From: an uncultured Dehalococcoidaceae bacterium | GTDB taxonomy: Bacteria > Chloroflexota > Dehalococcoidia > Dehalococcoidales > RBG-16-60-22 | Direction: 5' to 3' | DNA length: 28,025 bases | NCBI GenBank assembly: GCA_964353385.1 | Contig: CAYGVP010000001.1 | Location: forward strand, 1-28,025 | In this document: positions 1 through 7,787 of the stretch, piece by piece | Numbering within the stretch: the first letter of the stretch is position 1 | Layout: every line of letters starts with the position of its first letter | Notes under the pieces: generated by a model | Database searches by the model: none | What the model was told of the DNA's origin: nothing | What the model saw: the letters and a program-made list of their open reading frames with translations, nothing else | Translations under genes and position numbers: made by a program

Positions 1-290
1 AGGACAACGTACCGCCCGACGAGAAAAAGGCAAGGCTGAATGAAATAGAAAAACTCCAGGAGCAAATACAGTCCGAGATTAACGCCCGCTTACCGGGCAA
101 AGTAAGAGAAATACTGGTGGAAGGGAAAAAGAGGGGCAAGTGGTACGGTCGGACCCGCACAGACAAGCTGGTATTTTTCAGCAGCAACAAGGACTATTAC
201 GGGAAGCTGGTCAAAATAAAGATAGAAAAAACGAGTGCATGGTCACTGCAGGGTAAAATAGGGAAGATCAACAAGAACACGGAGGAATAA
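1..290 (+). CDS. miaB: tRNA-2-methylthio-N6-dimethylallyladenosine synthase MiaB, C-terminal part (5'-truncated; TRAM domain)
   Basis: Absent from the ORF track. My translation from nt 3: DNVPPDEKKARLNEIEKLQEQIQSEINARLPGKVREILVEGKKRGKWYGRTRTDKLVFF...GKLVKIKIEKTSAWSLQGK*, the typical MiaB tail plus TRAM domain. The TAA at 288-290 overlaps the yajC ATG. Confidence 0.85.
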   Translation, partial: DNVPPDEKKARLNEIEKLQEQIQSEINARLPGKVREILVEGKKRGKWYGRTRTDKLVFFSSNKDYYGKLVKIKIEKTSAWSLQGKIGKINKNTEE

Positions 291-697
291 TGAAGAATAT
301 CTTAAAAATCGGAATTATGGCGGGACTGCTGGTTACAGTCCTATTATTAAGCGCAAGCTGTCTCGCCACGGCGACGCCCGCCGGAAGTGGGAATGCCACC
401 GGGACGGCGGGAGAACAGAGCACCTTCGACAGCATCTGGCCGATGATTATCATTATGGTGGTGTTTTTCGGTTTTATCTACTTCATGATGATAAGACCGC
501 AACGCAAACGCCAGAAGGAGCAGCATACAATGATGCAGGGGCTACAAAAAGGCGATAGAGTCATCACCGCCGGCGGCATTTACGGAACCATTGAGAGCGT
601 CAGAGAAGACAGCGTAATCATTAAAGTCGAGTCCGGCACCACGATTAGAGTCAATAAGGGCAGCGTGTCGCTGCGACGCGACGATACAGCGAAATGA
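290..697 (+). CDS. yajC: Preprotein translocase subunit YajC with N-terminal signal/lipoprotein-like extension
   Basis: YFMMIRPQRKRQKEQ...LQKGDRVITAGGIYGTI is the YajC signature; SD GGAGG upstream. Confidence 0.93.
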   Translation: MKNILKIGIMAGLLVTVLLLSASCLATATPAGSGNATGTAGEQSTFDSIWPMIIIMVVFFGFIYFMMIRPQRKRQKEQHTMMQGLQKGDRVITAGGIYGTIESVREDSVIIKVESGTTIRVNKGSVSLRRDDTAK

Positions 698-1572
698 GCA
701 CAAGCCAGCTTACGGAAAAACAGATTGACGCGATTATCGACATCGCGTTAGAGGAGGATACGGGGCAGGGCGATGTCACCAGCGAGGCGCTGATACCGAC
801 CGACCTGACGGGCAAGGCAACGCTGCTGGTGAAAGAAAAAGGCATCCTGGCCGGCATCGAGATAGCGAAACGAGTCTTTCAATATATCGACCCTCTGGTA
901 CAGGTCGACATCCTGATAAAAGACGGGGCAGCGATTAAGCCGGGAGACATCGCCGCGACGATAGACGGCAGCGTCATCAGCATCCTCGAAGCGGAACGCA
1001 CCGCCCTCAATTTCCTGCAAAGACTAAGCGGCATTGCTTCATTGACGGCAGAGTACGTAGCTAAAGTTAAAGGAACAGAGGCTAAAATCTACGATACGCG
1101 CAAGACTACCCCGGGACTGCGCCTGCTGGAAAAATATGCGGTGCGGATGGGCGGGGGACATAACCACAGGATGCACCTGGGCGAAGCTGTTTTAATTAAA
1201 GATAACCACATAGCGGCGCTGCGGGCAATGGGAATGAGCCTGGCAGATATCCTGGCGAAAGCGAGAAAAAACGCGCCCGCGGGCATAACCATCGAGATAG
1301 AGGTAAACAGCGTAAAAGAAGCGGCGGAGGCATTGAGGGGCGGGGCGGATATCATCATGCTGGACAATATGAGCATAAATGAAATGAAGCAGGCGGTGGA
1401 AATGGCAGCGGGGAAGGCAAAATTTGAAGCTTCAGGGAAAATCACGCTGGAAAACGTCCGCCAGGCAGCGATGACCGGCGTGGATATTATCTCTATCGGG
1501 GCGCTTACCCACTCTTATAAAGCGCTGGACATCAGCCTGGAAATGGAAAGCCAGACTTTAAAGCTGATATAA
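694..1572 (+). CDS. nadC: Nicotinate-nucleotide pyrophosphorylase (quinolinate phosphoribosyltransferase)
   Basis: LEED..GD(V)T, ERTALNFLQRLSGIA, DTRKTTPGLRLLEKYAV..GGG.NHR..L, LIKDNHI, IIMLDN and ISIGALTHS motifs. Confidence 0.97.
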   Translation: MSTSQLTEKQIDAIIDIALEEDTGQGDVTSEALIPTDLTGKATLLVKEKGILAGIEIAKRVFQYIDPLVQVDILIKDGAAIKPGDIAATIDGSVISILEAERTALNFLQRLSGIASLTAEYVAKVKGTEAKIYDTRKTTPGLRLLEKYAVRMGGGHNHRMHLGEAVLIKDNHIAALRAMGMSLADILAKARKNAPAGITIEIEVNSVKEAAEALRGGADIIMLDNMSINEMKQAVEMAAGKAKFEASGKITLENVRQAAMTGVDIISIGALTHSYKALDISLEMESQTLKLI

Positions 1573-1601
1573 GTCACCCCGATAGTCTTTATCTTATTTA
1601 A

Positions 1602-1982
1602 TTAAGCCGAAAGGGTTCTTTTTGCTCTAGACACGGCCCTGGCCTTAACTTCCGCAATGACAACTATGATTCCCCAAACAGCGGTTACAGCAGCGGCCAT
1701 CGCCACGCCGACCGTAGCCATCTCATGCAACATAGCTGCCGGATTTGCCAGAGCAGTGAAAAAGGGCGGCCGGGCAATAATCTCTCCATTCAATATATGG
1801 TCTAACGCCAGCATTATAGTGCCACCCCATAACATCTTGTTCAGCCAGCTCAACCTATGACCCCATTTGAGTCCGGCATTCGCCGCTTTTCCACTACCGT
1901 CTTTCTTTTCTCTATGTTCTACTACCTTCTGCACTACCGTGGTTACAATAGCCTCCCCCATGGGAACGAGTAAACATGCCAT
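1602..1982 (-). CDS. Small conserved membrane protein of unknown function
   Basis: Hydrophobic segments (LNKMLWGGTIMLALDHI; MLHEMATVGVAMAAAVTAVWGIIVVI); SD GGAGG upstream on the minus strand; lies directly downstream of the fur-family gene. Confidence 0.75.
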   Translation of the reverse strand: MACLLVPMGEAIVTTVVQKVVEHREKKDGSGKAANAGLKWGHRLSWLNKMLWGGTIMLALDHILNGEIIARPPFFTALANPAAMLHEMATVGVAMAAAVTAVWGIIVVIAEVKARAVSRAKRTLSA

Positions 1983-2007
1983 AGCCTTTTACCTCCTATT
2001 CGGTATT

Positions 2008-2424
2008 TTAGTTATTCTTATTTTTACATTCCCTGCAAATTCCATTTATAACCATATGCTTGAAGTCGACGCTGAAGCTGTATTTCTTCATGAGCGAATT
2101 CTGTACTGATGCGAATATATCTTCATCACAACTTATTGTCTTGCCACATTGGCTACACTTTAAATGATGATGATGCCCTTCGTTATCGTGGTGATAAATG
2201 AACTCATTATCCAGTTCGCTTTTATAGACGCAGCCAGCTTCTTCCAGCATATCCAGCGTACGGTAGATGGTGGATTTATTGACCCCGGGCATCTTTGCCT
2301 GAACGTATCCTATAATTTCTACAGCAGTTAGATGGCCTTTGGCATCGTGTATGATATCCGCAATCAAAATCCTTTGCGGTGTGAGTTTAAGCCCTTTTTC
2401 CTTTAATGTAGCGACACAACTCAT
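2008..2424 (-). CDS. Fur-family metal-responsive repressor (Zur-like)
   Basis: LKLTPQRILI..II...HLTAVEI...STIYRTLDML, HHHHLKCSQCG and GICREC (two CxxC). Start set at the ATG at 2424 (SD AGGTG, 8 nt spacing) rather than the track's 2445. Confidence 0.9.
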   Translation of the reverse strand: MSCVATLKEKGLKLTPQRILIADIIHDAKGHLTAVEIIGYVQAKMPGVNKSTIYRTLDMLEEAGCVYKSELDNEFIYHHDNEGHHHHLKCSQCGKTISCDEDIFASVQNSLMKKYSFSVDFKHMVINGICRECKNKNN

Positions 2425-2428
2425 TGTT

Positions 2429-2446
2429 ATTGCACCTGGTTGCAAT
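2429..2446. promoter_or_regulatory. 6-6-6 inverted repeat ATTGCA-N6-TGCAAT over the fur leader/SD; candidate autoregulatory operator
   Basis: ATTGCA 2429-2434, CCTGGT, TGCAAT 2441-2446. Confidence 0.35.
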
Positions 2447-2489
2447 TATATTTTAAAAGAATATCTTTGTCAAGTTTCCCGGTTAATGT

Positions 2490-2942
2490 TTAAACGACCT
2501 TATCGCGGCTATCCAGCATGATAGTGACCGGGCCGTCATTATGGATTTCCACCTGCATATGCTGCTGGAAACGCCCGGTGGCAACCTTGAGGCCGCTTTC
2601 CCGCGCCAGTCCTACGGCGTAATTAAATAAAGCTTCAGCCTGTCCGGGCGGGGCGGCTTCGATGAATGAGGGGCGGCGACCCTTGCGCGCATCGGCTAAT
2701 AAAGTAAACTGGCTGACAAAAAGGAGTTCGCCGTTCACATCGAGGGCAGAGAGATTAAATTTATCCTGGGCGTCAGTAAAAATGCGCAGGTTAACGATTT
2801 TCGGCACCAGATATTGGGCGTCTTTTTCCGTATCGCCGACGGCTACCCCCAACAATACTACCAGCCCCTGCCCTATTTTCCCTACCTCCTCACCATCCAC
2901 AGTGACCGAGGCTTGGCTGACCCGCTGAATTAGCGCCTTCAA
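2490..2942 (-). CDS. dtd: D-aminoacyl-tRNA deacylase
   Basis: MKALIQRV..ASV.V, SQFTL, GRRPSF and NDGPVT (Gly-cisPro) motifs. Confidence 0.97.
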   Translation of the reverse strand: MKALIQRVSQASVTVDGEEVGKIGQGLVVLLGVAVGDTEKDAQYLVPKIVNLRIFTDAQDKFNLSALDVNGELLFVSQFTLLADARKGRRPSFIEAAPPGQAEALFNYAVGLARESGLKVATGRFQQHMQVEIHNDGPVTIMLDSRDKVV

Positions 2943-3193
2943 TCTTTACTCTTCTTTGTTTCCGATTTAGGTTTTTCGGGGCCGGAACTCTCTTTTGCTT
3001 TAGAGACATCACCGCTTTTACGGTGGTCCGTTACGTAAAAACCGCTGCCTTTAAAGATAATTGGGGTGGGGTGGAAAACGCGTTTGGCTTTCTTTTTACA
3101 CTGCGGGCAATCGGCCTGGGGTTTATCATGAAAACCCTGCTTTAATTCAAAACGGTGGCCGCAGTGTACGCATTCGTACTCGTAAACGGGCAT
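2939..3193 (-). CDS. FmdB-family zinc-ribbon protein
   Basis: MPVYEYECVHCGH...CPQC...FKGSGFYVTD signature. Confidence 0.9.
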   Translation of the reverse strand: MPVYEYECVHCGHRFELKQGFHDKPQADCPQCKKKAKRVFHPTPIIFKGSGFYVTDHRKSGDVSKAKESSGPEKPKSETKKSKD

Positions 3194-3292
3194 GTTATGT
3201 CACCTCACGCAAAATCAACCACTATACGTTATTTTAACATCAGGGGAAGATACGAGACAAGACGGAGGCAACTGCGCAAGACAAGTAGAATA

Positions 3293-3322
3293 TTGTCCGA
3301 ATGAGTTATTTTTTGATATACT
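3293..3322 (+). promoter_or_regulatory. sigma70-type promoter of tRNA-Glu
   Basis: TTGTCC (3293-3298), 18 bp spacer, TGn-extended TATACT (3317-3322), 10 nt before the tRNA. Confidence 0.6.
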
Positions 3323-3332
3323 AAACAGGTAT

Positions 3333-3405
3333 GCCCCCATCGTCTAGTGGACTAGGACAGCGGCCTTTCAAGCCGTCAACATGGATTCGAATTCCATTGG
3401 GGGCA
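3333..3405 (+). tRNA. tRNA-Glu (anticodon UUC), CCA not encoded
   Basis: Acceptor GCCCCCA/TGGGGGC, D arm GTC...GAC, anticodon stem GCGGC/GCCGT with loop CT-TTC-AA, T arm ATGGA-TTCGAAT-TCCAT, discriminator A followed by CTT. Confidence 0.95.
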
Positions 3406-3469
3406 CTTTTGATTTCTTCCTAGAGCCGTTGGAGGTAATGCCAATGGTGAAACCGAGAACCAAGTCAGC

Positions 3470-3511
3470 TATTTTCTTAAGACAGATATTTTCTTAAGAC
3501 AGATATTTTCT
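3470..3511. repeat. 17-bp tandem direct repeat (x2 plus 8 bp) covering the cinA stop codon
   Basis: TATTTTCTTAAGACAGA at 3470-3486 and 3487-3503, then TATTTTCT at 3504-3511. Confidence 0.9.
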
Positions 3512-4693
3512 CAATTCGATGAGGGCCTGATAGGCAATCCTACCTATTACCTGGGTAAATCGACCGGAGAAGTCCCGCACTAAAGGCAACATCGGCTTGG
3601 GGCCGACGACGGCAATATAGACCTTAGCCATCTGGATATTATCGACGGTTTCAGTATGACCTTCGATGCCGATGCCGATATCGGCCTGAAATTTATCGCG
3701 AGCAAGAGACGCCATTGCCTTAGCGATATTCCCGGCACCGCCGGAACCCCAGACAAGGCCGAGGGAAATTTTAGCTTCATCCGAAGCGGTGAAAAATCCC
3801 CCCTTAAAGAAAAGACGACTTTCAGGAGCGCGAGAGAGCAACTGTATCAGCGAACCGCCGGTAAAAGATTCAGCCACAGCCAGAGACAGCTTTTTAGCAA
3901 TAAGCATTTCCCCGACTATGTTTTCCAGTACGTCATCATCCGCGCCCCAGATATAATCGCCAATTACGTTCCTGACAGATTTTTCATGCTGGGAAATCAT
4001 AGATTGGGCTTTTTCCAGAGTATCAGCCTTGGCAGTAATACGCAGGTGAATGCCATCCTGCTTGGCGTATGAAGCCAGGGTGGGGTTGGGGGATTTTAGC
4101 AGGGCTGCCAGGCGCTCATCAACCGTGGATTCCGGCAGGCCGAAGGTCTTAAGCGTGCGTGACAGGATGATGGCGCCGGCTCGCTTTTGCAGCGCAGGAG
4201 CAATATGGCTCTGCCACATGGGCTGCATTTCAGCAGGGGGGCCGGGCATGGCGATAATGATACGACCTTCCTTTTCCGCCCACCAGCCGGGCGCAGTGCC
4301 CCGGGGATTGGAAATAGCCTGGGCGGAAGGAATAAGCATTGCCTGCTTGAGATTGTTGGGCGTCATCTCGATGCCCCGCTCGGCGAAGAATTTTTCCATA
4401 GCCAGCTTCAGCACCGGGTCCGCTTCCATTTTTTCTCCGAAAAGACCGGCGATAGCCTCGCGGGTAATATCGCCCTGCGTGGGGCCGAGACCGCCCGTGG
4501 TGAGAATGAGGTCAGAGCGCTGACAAGCAGATTTTAAAGCGCCTAATAATCTTTCATAGTTATCACCGACCAAGGACGTAAAATAGAGGTCGATGCCAAG
4601 CGAAGCCAACTGCTGCGCCAGAAAGGAGGTATTGGTATCCGTCACTTCGCCGAGAAGGAGTTCAGTGCCGGTGGCGATAATTTCCGCTTTCAT
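3494..4693 (-). CDS. cinA: CinA-family protein (molybdopterin-binding/MocF domain plus PncC-like domain)
   Basis: AEIIATGTELLLGEVTDTN..FLA, GDN, TTGGLGPT..DITREA, NPRGTAPG, MPGPP.EM, and C-terminal LAVAESFTGG. Confidence 0.93.
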   Translation of the reverse strand: MKAEIIATGTELLLGEVTDTNTSFLAQQLASLGIDLYFTSLVGDNYERLLGALKSACQRSDLILTTGGLGPTQGDITREAIAGLFGEKMEADPVLKLAMEKFFAERGIEMTPNNLKQAMLIPSAQAISNPRGTAPGWWAEKEGRIIIAMPGPPAEMQPMWQSHIAPALQKRAGAIILSRTLKTFGLPESTVDERLAALLKSPNPTLASYAKQDGIHLRITAKADTLEKAQSMISQHEKSVRNVIGDYIWGADDDVLENIVGEMLIAKKLSLAVAESFTGGSLIQLLSRAPESRLFFKGGFFTASDEAKISLGLVWGSGGAGNIAKAMASLARDKFQADIGIGIEGHTETVDNIQMAKVYIAVVGPKPMLPLVRDFSGRFTQVIGRIAYQALIELRKYLS

Positions 4694-4996
4694 GGTCTGA
4701 TTTTACTCTTAATGCCATGGTACAAGCAAGAATTAATTGAGATTATTTTAACGATACTTTACCTGTCCATCTTCAAGGCTCTGTAGATATAAGATATTCT
4801 ATCTTTCGACGCATTCCTGCACCAATGATATAACCATAACAAACCTTGACATTAGTAAAAATACTCAAATTTTACTGGGTGCTACCCCTCAATTAATTCC
4901 TATAGCGAAAAGGACAATGCGAGTTAACCCTTAAGCGAAATAGATGTTCTATTGGTTTCAAGAGAGGACGCGGTGTATTAAATTAAAGATACACCA

Positions 4997-5383
4997 ATGA
5001 ATAAACGGATTCTATTTATCAATAACTACACCGCCACTTCAACAACACCGGAGTTAATCGCAGGGGCAGGCTACAGGGTAGATATCGTATTGGATCCAGA
5101 CGCAGCCTCACGCGAGCTGGAAACGCGGAATTACGACCTGGCAGTTTTATTAGAAAACCCTTATGCCCCAAGCTGGATGACCTGTGAAAAATTACGCCGG
5201 TCGACCTCAATTCCCCTGATTGTGATAAGCTACGAGGCCAGCACGGAAACCTGTGTCAAGGCAATAAACGCCGGCGCCGATTACTTTATGCGCAAGCCGT
5301 TCGGGCCTCTGGAGTTGCATGCCAGGATAAATTCGCTGCTGCAGCGAGTCCCTTATAATCAAAACATGTCTATCGCCTATTAG
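4997..5383 (+). CDS. Stand-alone atypical receiver (REC) domain of OmpR type
   Basis: GADYFMRKPFGPLELHARINSLLQR matches the OmpR REC alpha4-beta5-alpha5. The acidic pocket reads NN and the phospho-Asp position is L/E. No output domain. Confidence 0.85.
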   Translation: MNKRILFINNYTATSTTPELIAGAGYRVDIVLDPDAASRELETRNYDLAVLLENPYAPSWMTCEKLRRSTSIPLIVISYEASTETCVKAINAGADYFMRKPFGPLELHARINSLLQRVPYNQNMSIAY

Positions 5384-5531
5384 TCTCACACCTAAAGAGA
5401 TATTCTCAAGAGCCAAAGCATACCCTGATTACCTCATTTTTTCCACAACGGGTTAAACTTGCCAATTTTATGCGACTTTGCTATTTTGGAAATACCAGCC
5501 TTCCTGATATTATAGAAATAGCAGAGCATAA

Positions 5532-6188
5532 ATGGACGAAAAACCGATTATTAAAAGACTGGTAGTGGGTTCGCTATCAGCCAACTGTTTCATTGCAGGC
5601 AAGAAATCCTCCGGAGAGGGTCTGGTCATAGACCCCGGGGGAAACGGCGATGATATCTACCGGGCGATTGCCGATACCGGGCTGGATATTAAAATCATCG
5701 TGCTGACGCACGGTCACTCCGACCATATCGCGGCTTTGTACGATATACAGGATAAAACCGGCGCCGAGGTGGCTATTCACGCAGCCGATGCCGACTTCCT
5801 GGAAAGCGGCGGCTCTTACAGCTCACAGTTCGGCATATCTTACAAGACCCCACATCCGCCGGACCGCCTGCTGCGTGAAGGCGATACAGTCGATATCAGC
5901 GGGATGAGCTTTAAAGTGATACATACGCCGGGGCATACGCCGGGGAGCATCTGCCTGCTTACAGACGCAGGGGTATTTACCGGAGATACGATTTTCCGGC
6001 GCGGCATCGGCACCACTCTAATGCCGGGGAGCAGCCGCCCGCAGCTTTTAGAAAGCATCAGTAATAAATTAATGGTATTGCCGGATGATACGGTTATCTA
6101 TCCGGGGCACGGCCGGGAGACAACTATCGGCGCCGAACGCCGGGACAACCCTTATGTAACCGGCAAGGCCGGCCACAGCTACTGGTAA
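5532..6188 (+). CDS. MBL-fold metallo-hydrolase (glyoxalase II-like)
   Basis: IDPG, THGHSDH, HTPGHTPG, FTGDTIF, YPGHG..TTIG.ER..NPY motifs. Confidence 0.93.
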   Translation: MDEKPIIKRLVVGSLSANCFIAGKKSSGEGLVIDPGGNGDDIYRAIADTGLDIKIIVLTHGHSDHIAALYDIQDKTGAEVAIHAADADFLESGGSYSSQFGISYKTPHPPDRLLREGDTVDISGMSFKVIHTPGHTPGSICLLTDAGVFTGDTIFRRGIGTTLMPGSSRPQLLESISNKLMVLPDDTVIYPGHGRETTIGAERRDNPYVTGKAGHSYW

Positions 6189-6302
6189 TGATATATAGAC
6201 TGCATCAGCGCTGAAATGTAATCTCCTGTCACTCCATCCCCACATCCACTCCCCACAGAATAGGCCGCGATTGGCTATTTTTGTCTAATAACAATCTCTT
6301 TA

Positions 6303-6368
6303 TTGTGATTTTTTTGTTATGTTAACATCGTTCTTTGTGATTAGATAGTTAACCCGGGATATTAAAGT
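6303..6368 (+). promoter_or_regulatory. Phased direct-repeat operator plus -10 upstream of first HTH gene
   Basis: TTGTGA 6303, TTGTTA 6314, (gap), TTGTGA 6335, TAGTTA 6346; TAAAGT at 6363 begins 11 bp after the last repeat. Confidence 0.55.
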
Positions 6369-6499
6369 AATATCAGAACTTTCGTTAATTCGGTTAATGC
6401 CGTGAAGAGCGTCAGGAATAATTTAACTTCAATAATCATAATAAGCCAGATAAATCAATCAATAGTAGCCTAAAGTAATTGACTTTAAGGAGGAATAAT

Positions 6500-6712
6500 A
6501 TGGAAAACGCATTGGAGAATCACTACCCGCAATATCTTACTACCGGGGCGGTAGCCCGGCACTGCGGCGTGAGTAAAGTTACCGTATTGAGGTGGATTGA
6601 AAAAGGCAATCTGGTTGCCTTCCGGCTGCCGAGCGGACAGAACCGAATACACAGAGATGAGTTCTTCAGTTTCGCAGAGAAACATAAAATTCCGCTGGGT
6701 AACGGTCACTAG
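6500..6712 (+). CDS. Small excisionase/BldC-like (MerR-type HTH_17) DNA-binding protein, copy 1
   Basis: YLTTGAVARHCGVSKVTVLRWIEKGNLVAFRLPSGQNRI; SD AGGAGG at 6488-6493 supports the ATG at 6500. Confidence 0.88.
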   Translation: MENALENHYPQYLTTGAVARHCGVSKVTVLRWIEKGNLVAFRLPSGQNRIHRDEFFSFAEKHKIPLGNGH

Positions 6713-6836
6713 TAACTCCCCGGGAAAACAAGTACAGTCAAGACTTCAACTCACATTTAAGAGTATCCAATCATCACACATTTTTTGGCAAAAATATATT
6801 CCGTTTTAAGGAAAAGCATATTTATCGCAAAACCTC

Positions 6837-6902
6837 TTGTGATTTATCTGTGAAGTTTTAGATTAACGTTGTGACCTGGTTGTGACAGCCCATTTATATA
6901 CT
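6837..6902 (+). promoter_or_regulatory. Phased direct-repeat operator plus -10 upstream of second HTH gene and pilin
   Basis: TTGTGA 6837, CTGTGA 6848, (weak site near 6858), TTGTGA 6869, TTGTGA 6880; TATACT at 6897 begins 11 bp after the last repeat. Confidence 0.7.
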
Positions 6903-6963
6903 CCAAATATAACAAGCATTGCAAACACCAAATTTATTGACAGTTCCGATTGTCTAGAAAAAC

Positions 6964-7227
6964 ATGGTTATGCGGAATGATGCAAAACAGGAGGTTACCT
7001 TGCTTAAAACAATCGAACAATTAAACCAGGAATACATATCAGTCGGTTTCATTGCGAAGCACTGCGGTGTGAGCAATACTACCGTTCTGCGGTGGATCGG
7101 CGCCGGGCAGATACCCGCCTTCCGCCTACCCGGCGGGCATTACCGGATAGGCAGAGAGGACTTATCTGAATTCCTAGCCAGGTACGGAATGCCTGCCGGC
7201 AATAAAACACATGAAAGCTATGAATAG
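6964..7227 (+). CDS. Small excisionase/BldC-like HTH_17 DNA-binding protein, copy 2
   Basis: YISVGFIAKHCGVSNTTVLRWIGAGQIPAFRLPGGHYRI; paralog of 6500-6712. The true start may be slightly downstream. Confidence 0.85.
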   Translation: MVMRNDAKQEVTLLKTIEQLNQEYISVGFIAKHCGVSNTTVLRWIGAGQIPAFRLPGGHYRIGREDLSEFLARYGMPAGNKTHESYE

Positions 7228-7317
7228 AACCGTGATTCGTACCTGCATTATTAATAATTAATGATAAGGAGCGTTATGAACAACAAAAATAATCAAAAAA
7301 TAACAGGAGGTTTTAAA

Positions 7318-7683
7318 ATGCGTAGATGTTTTAGGAAATTCCGCAAATTAGAAAAAGGTTTTACTCTTGTTGAACTGCTTATCGTCGTGGCGATACTGGG
7401 GGTATTGTCCGCCGTCGTCCTGCCTAACGTAATCGGGTTAGCCGATGAAGGGCAGGTTGAAGCCGCCAAGGCCGAATTCGTAACGGTGCAAACGGCGATG
7501 GATACGATGATGGCGAAAGCCCATATTACCACAGTTACAGCTACAGCGGCAACGGGTAATATGTCATCCTTCCCTATCGGACACCCACTGTATCCAAACT
7601 ATTTGAGAACAGCAAACACACAGGGTACTTATTCCTGCGATCCAACCGGTCTGGTTGAACAGGTAACTACCAGTTATGAATAA
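7318..7683 (+). CDS. pilA: Type IV major pilin (prepilin N-terminal cleavage/methylation motif)
   Basis: Basic 14-aa leader MRRCFRKFRKLEKG|FTLVELLIVVAILGVLSAVVLP with Glu5; SD AGGAGG before the ATG at 7318; mature protein 107 aa. Confidence 0.9.
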   Translation: MRRCFRKFRKLEKGFTLVELLIVVAILGVLSAVVLPNVIGLADEGQVEAAKAEFVTVQTAMDTMMAKAHITTVTATAATGNMSSFPIGHPLYPNYLRTANTQGTYSCDPTGLVEQVTTSYE

Positions 7684-7713
7684 TTAAGCATCTGGTTAAT
7701 AAATTGCTACAGA

Positions 7714-7735
7714 TTGCTAATTAATGCATTAGCAA
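7714..7735. promoter_or_regulatory. 8-6-8 palindrome between pilA and the PAS kinase
   Basis: TTGCTAAT-TAATGC-ATTAGCAA. Confidence 0.35.
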
Positions 7736-7787
7736 AACCTTCCGAGGAGCGGCTTGAGTTTATCAGGCAAGAGACAGGTGAAGGATA

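Noticed and set aside
3494-4693. cinA next to a T4P locus as proof of a competence system
   Set aside because: CinA is an NAD-salvage-related protein; no comEA, comEC, comF or dprA is in the window, so DNA uptake is neither supported nor excluded.
4846-4876. TTGACA plus 7-9-7 inverted repeat (AGTAAAA/TTTTACT) upstream of the atypical receiver
   Set aside because: No properly spaced TAnnnT -10 and no second copy seen; could be chance in AT-rich DNA.
6479-7227. Excisionase-like genes as evidence for a prophage or ICE, with tRNA-Glu as the attachment site
   Set aside because: No integrase, relaxase, phage or transposase gene in the window, and I saw no second copy of the tRNA 3' end.
7318-7683. 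Electrically conductive (e-pilin) interpretation of PilA
   Set aside because: The mature pilin is 107 aa with only F1 and F40 as F/Y/W in the first 60 residues, far sparser than in Geobacter-type e-pilins.
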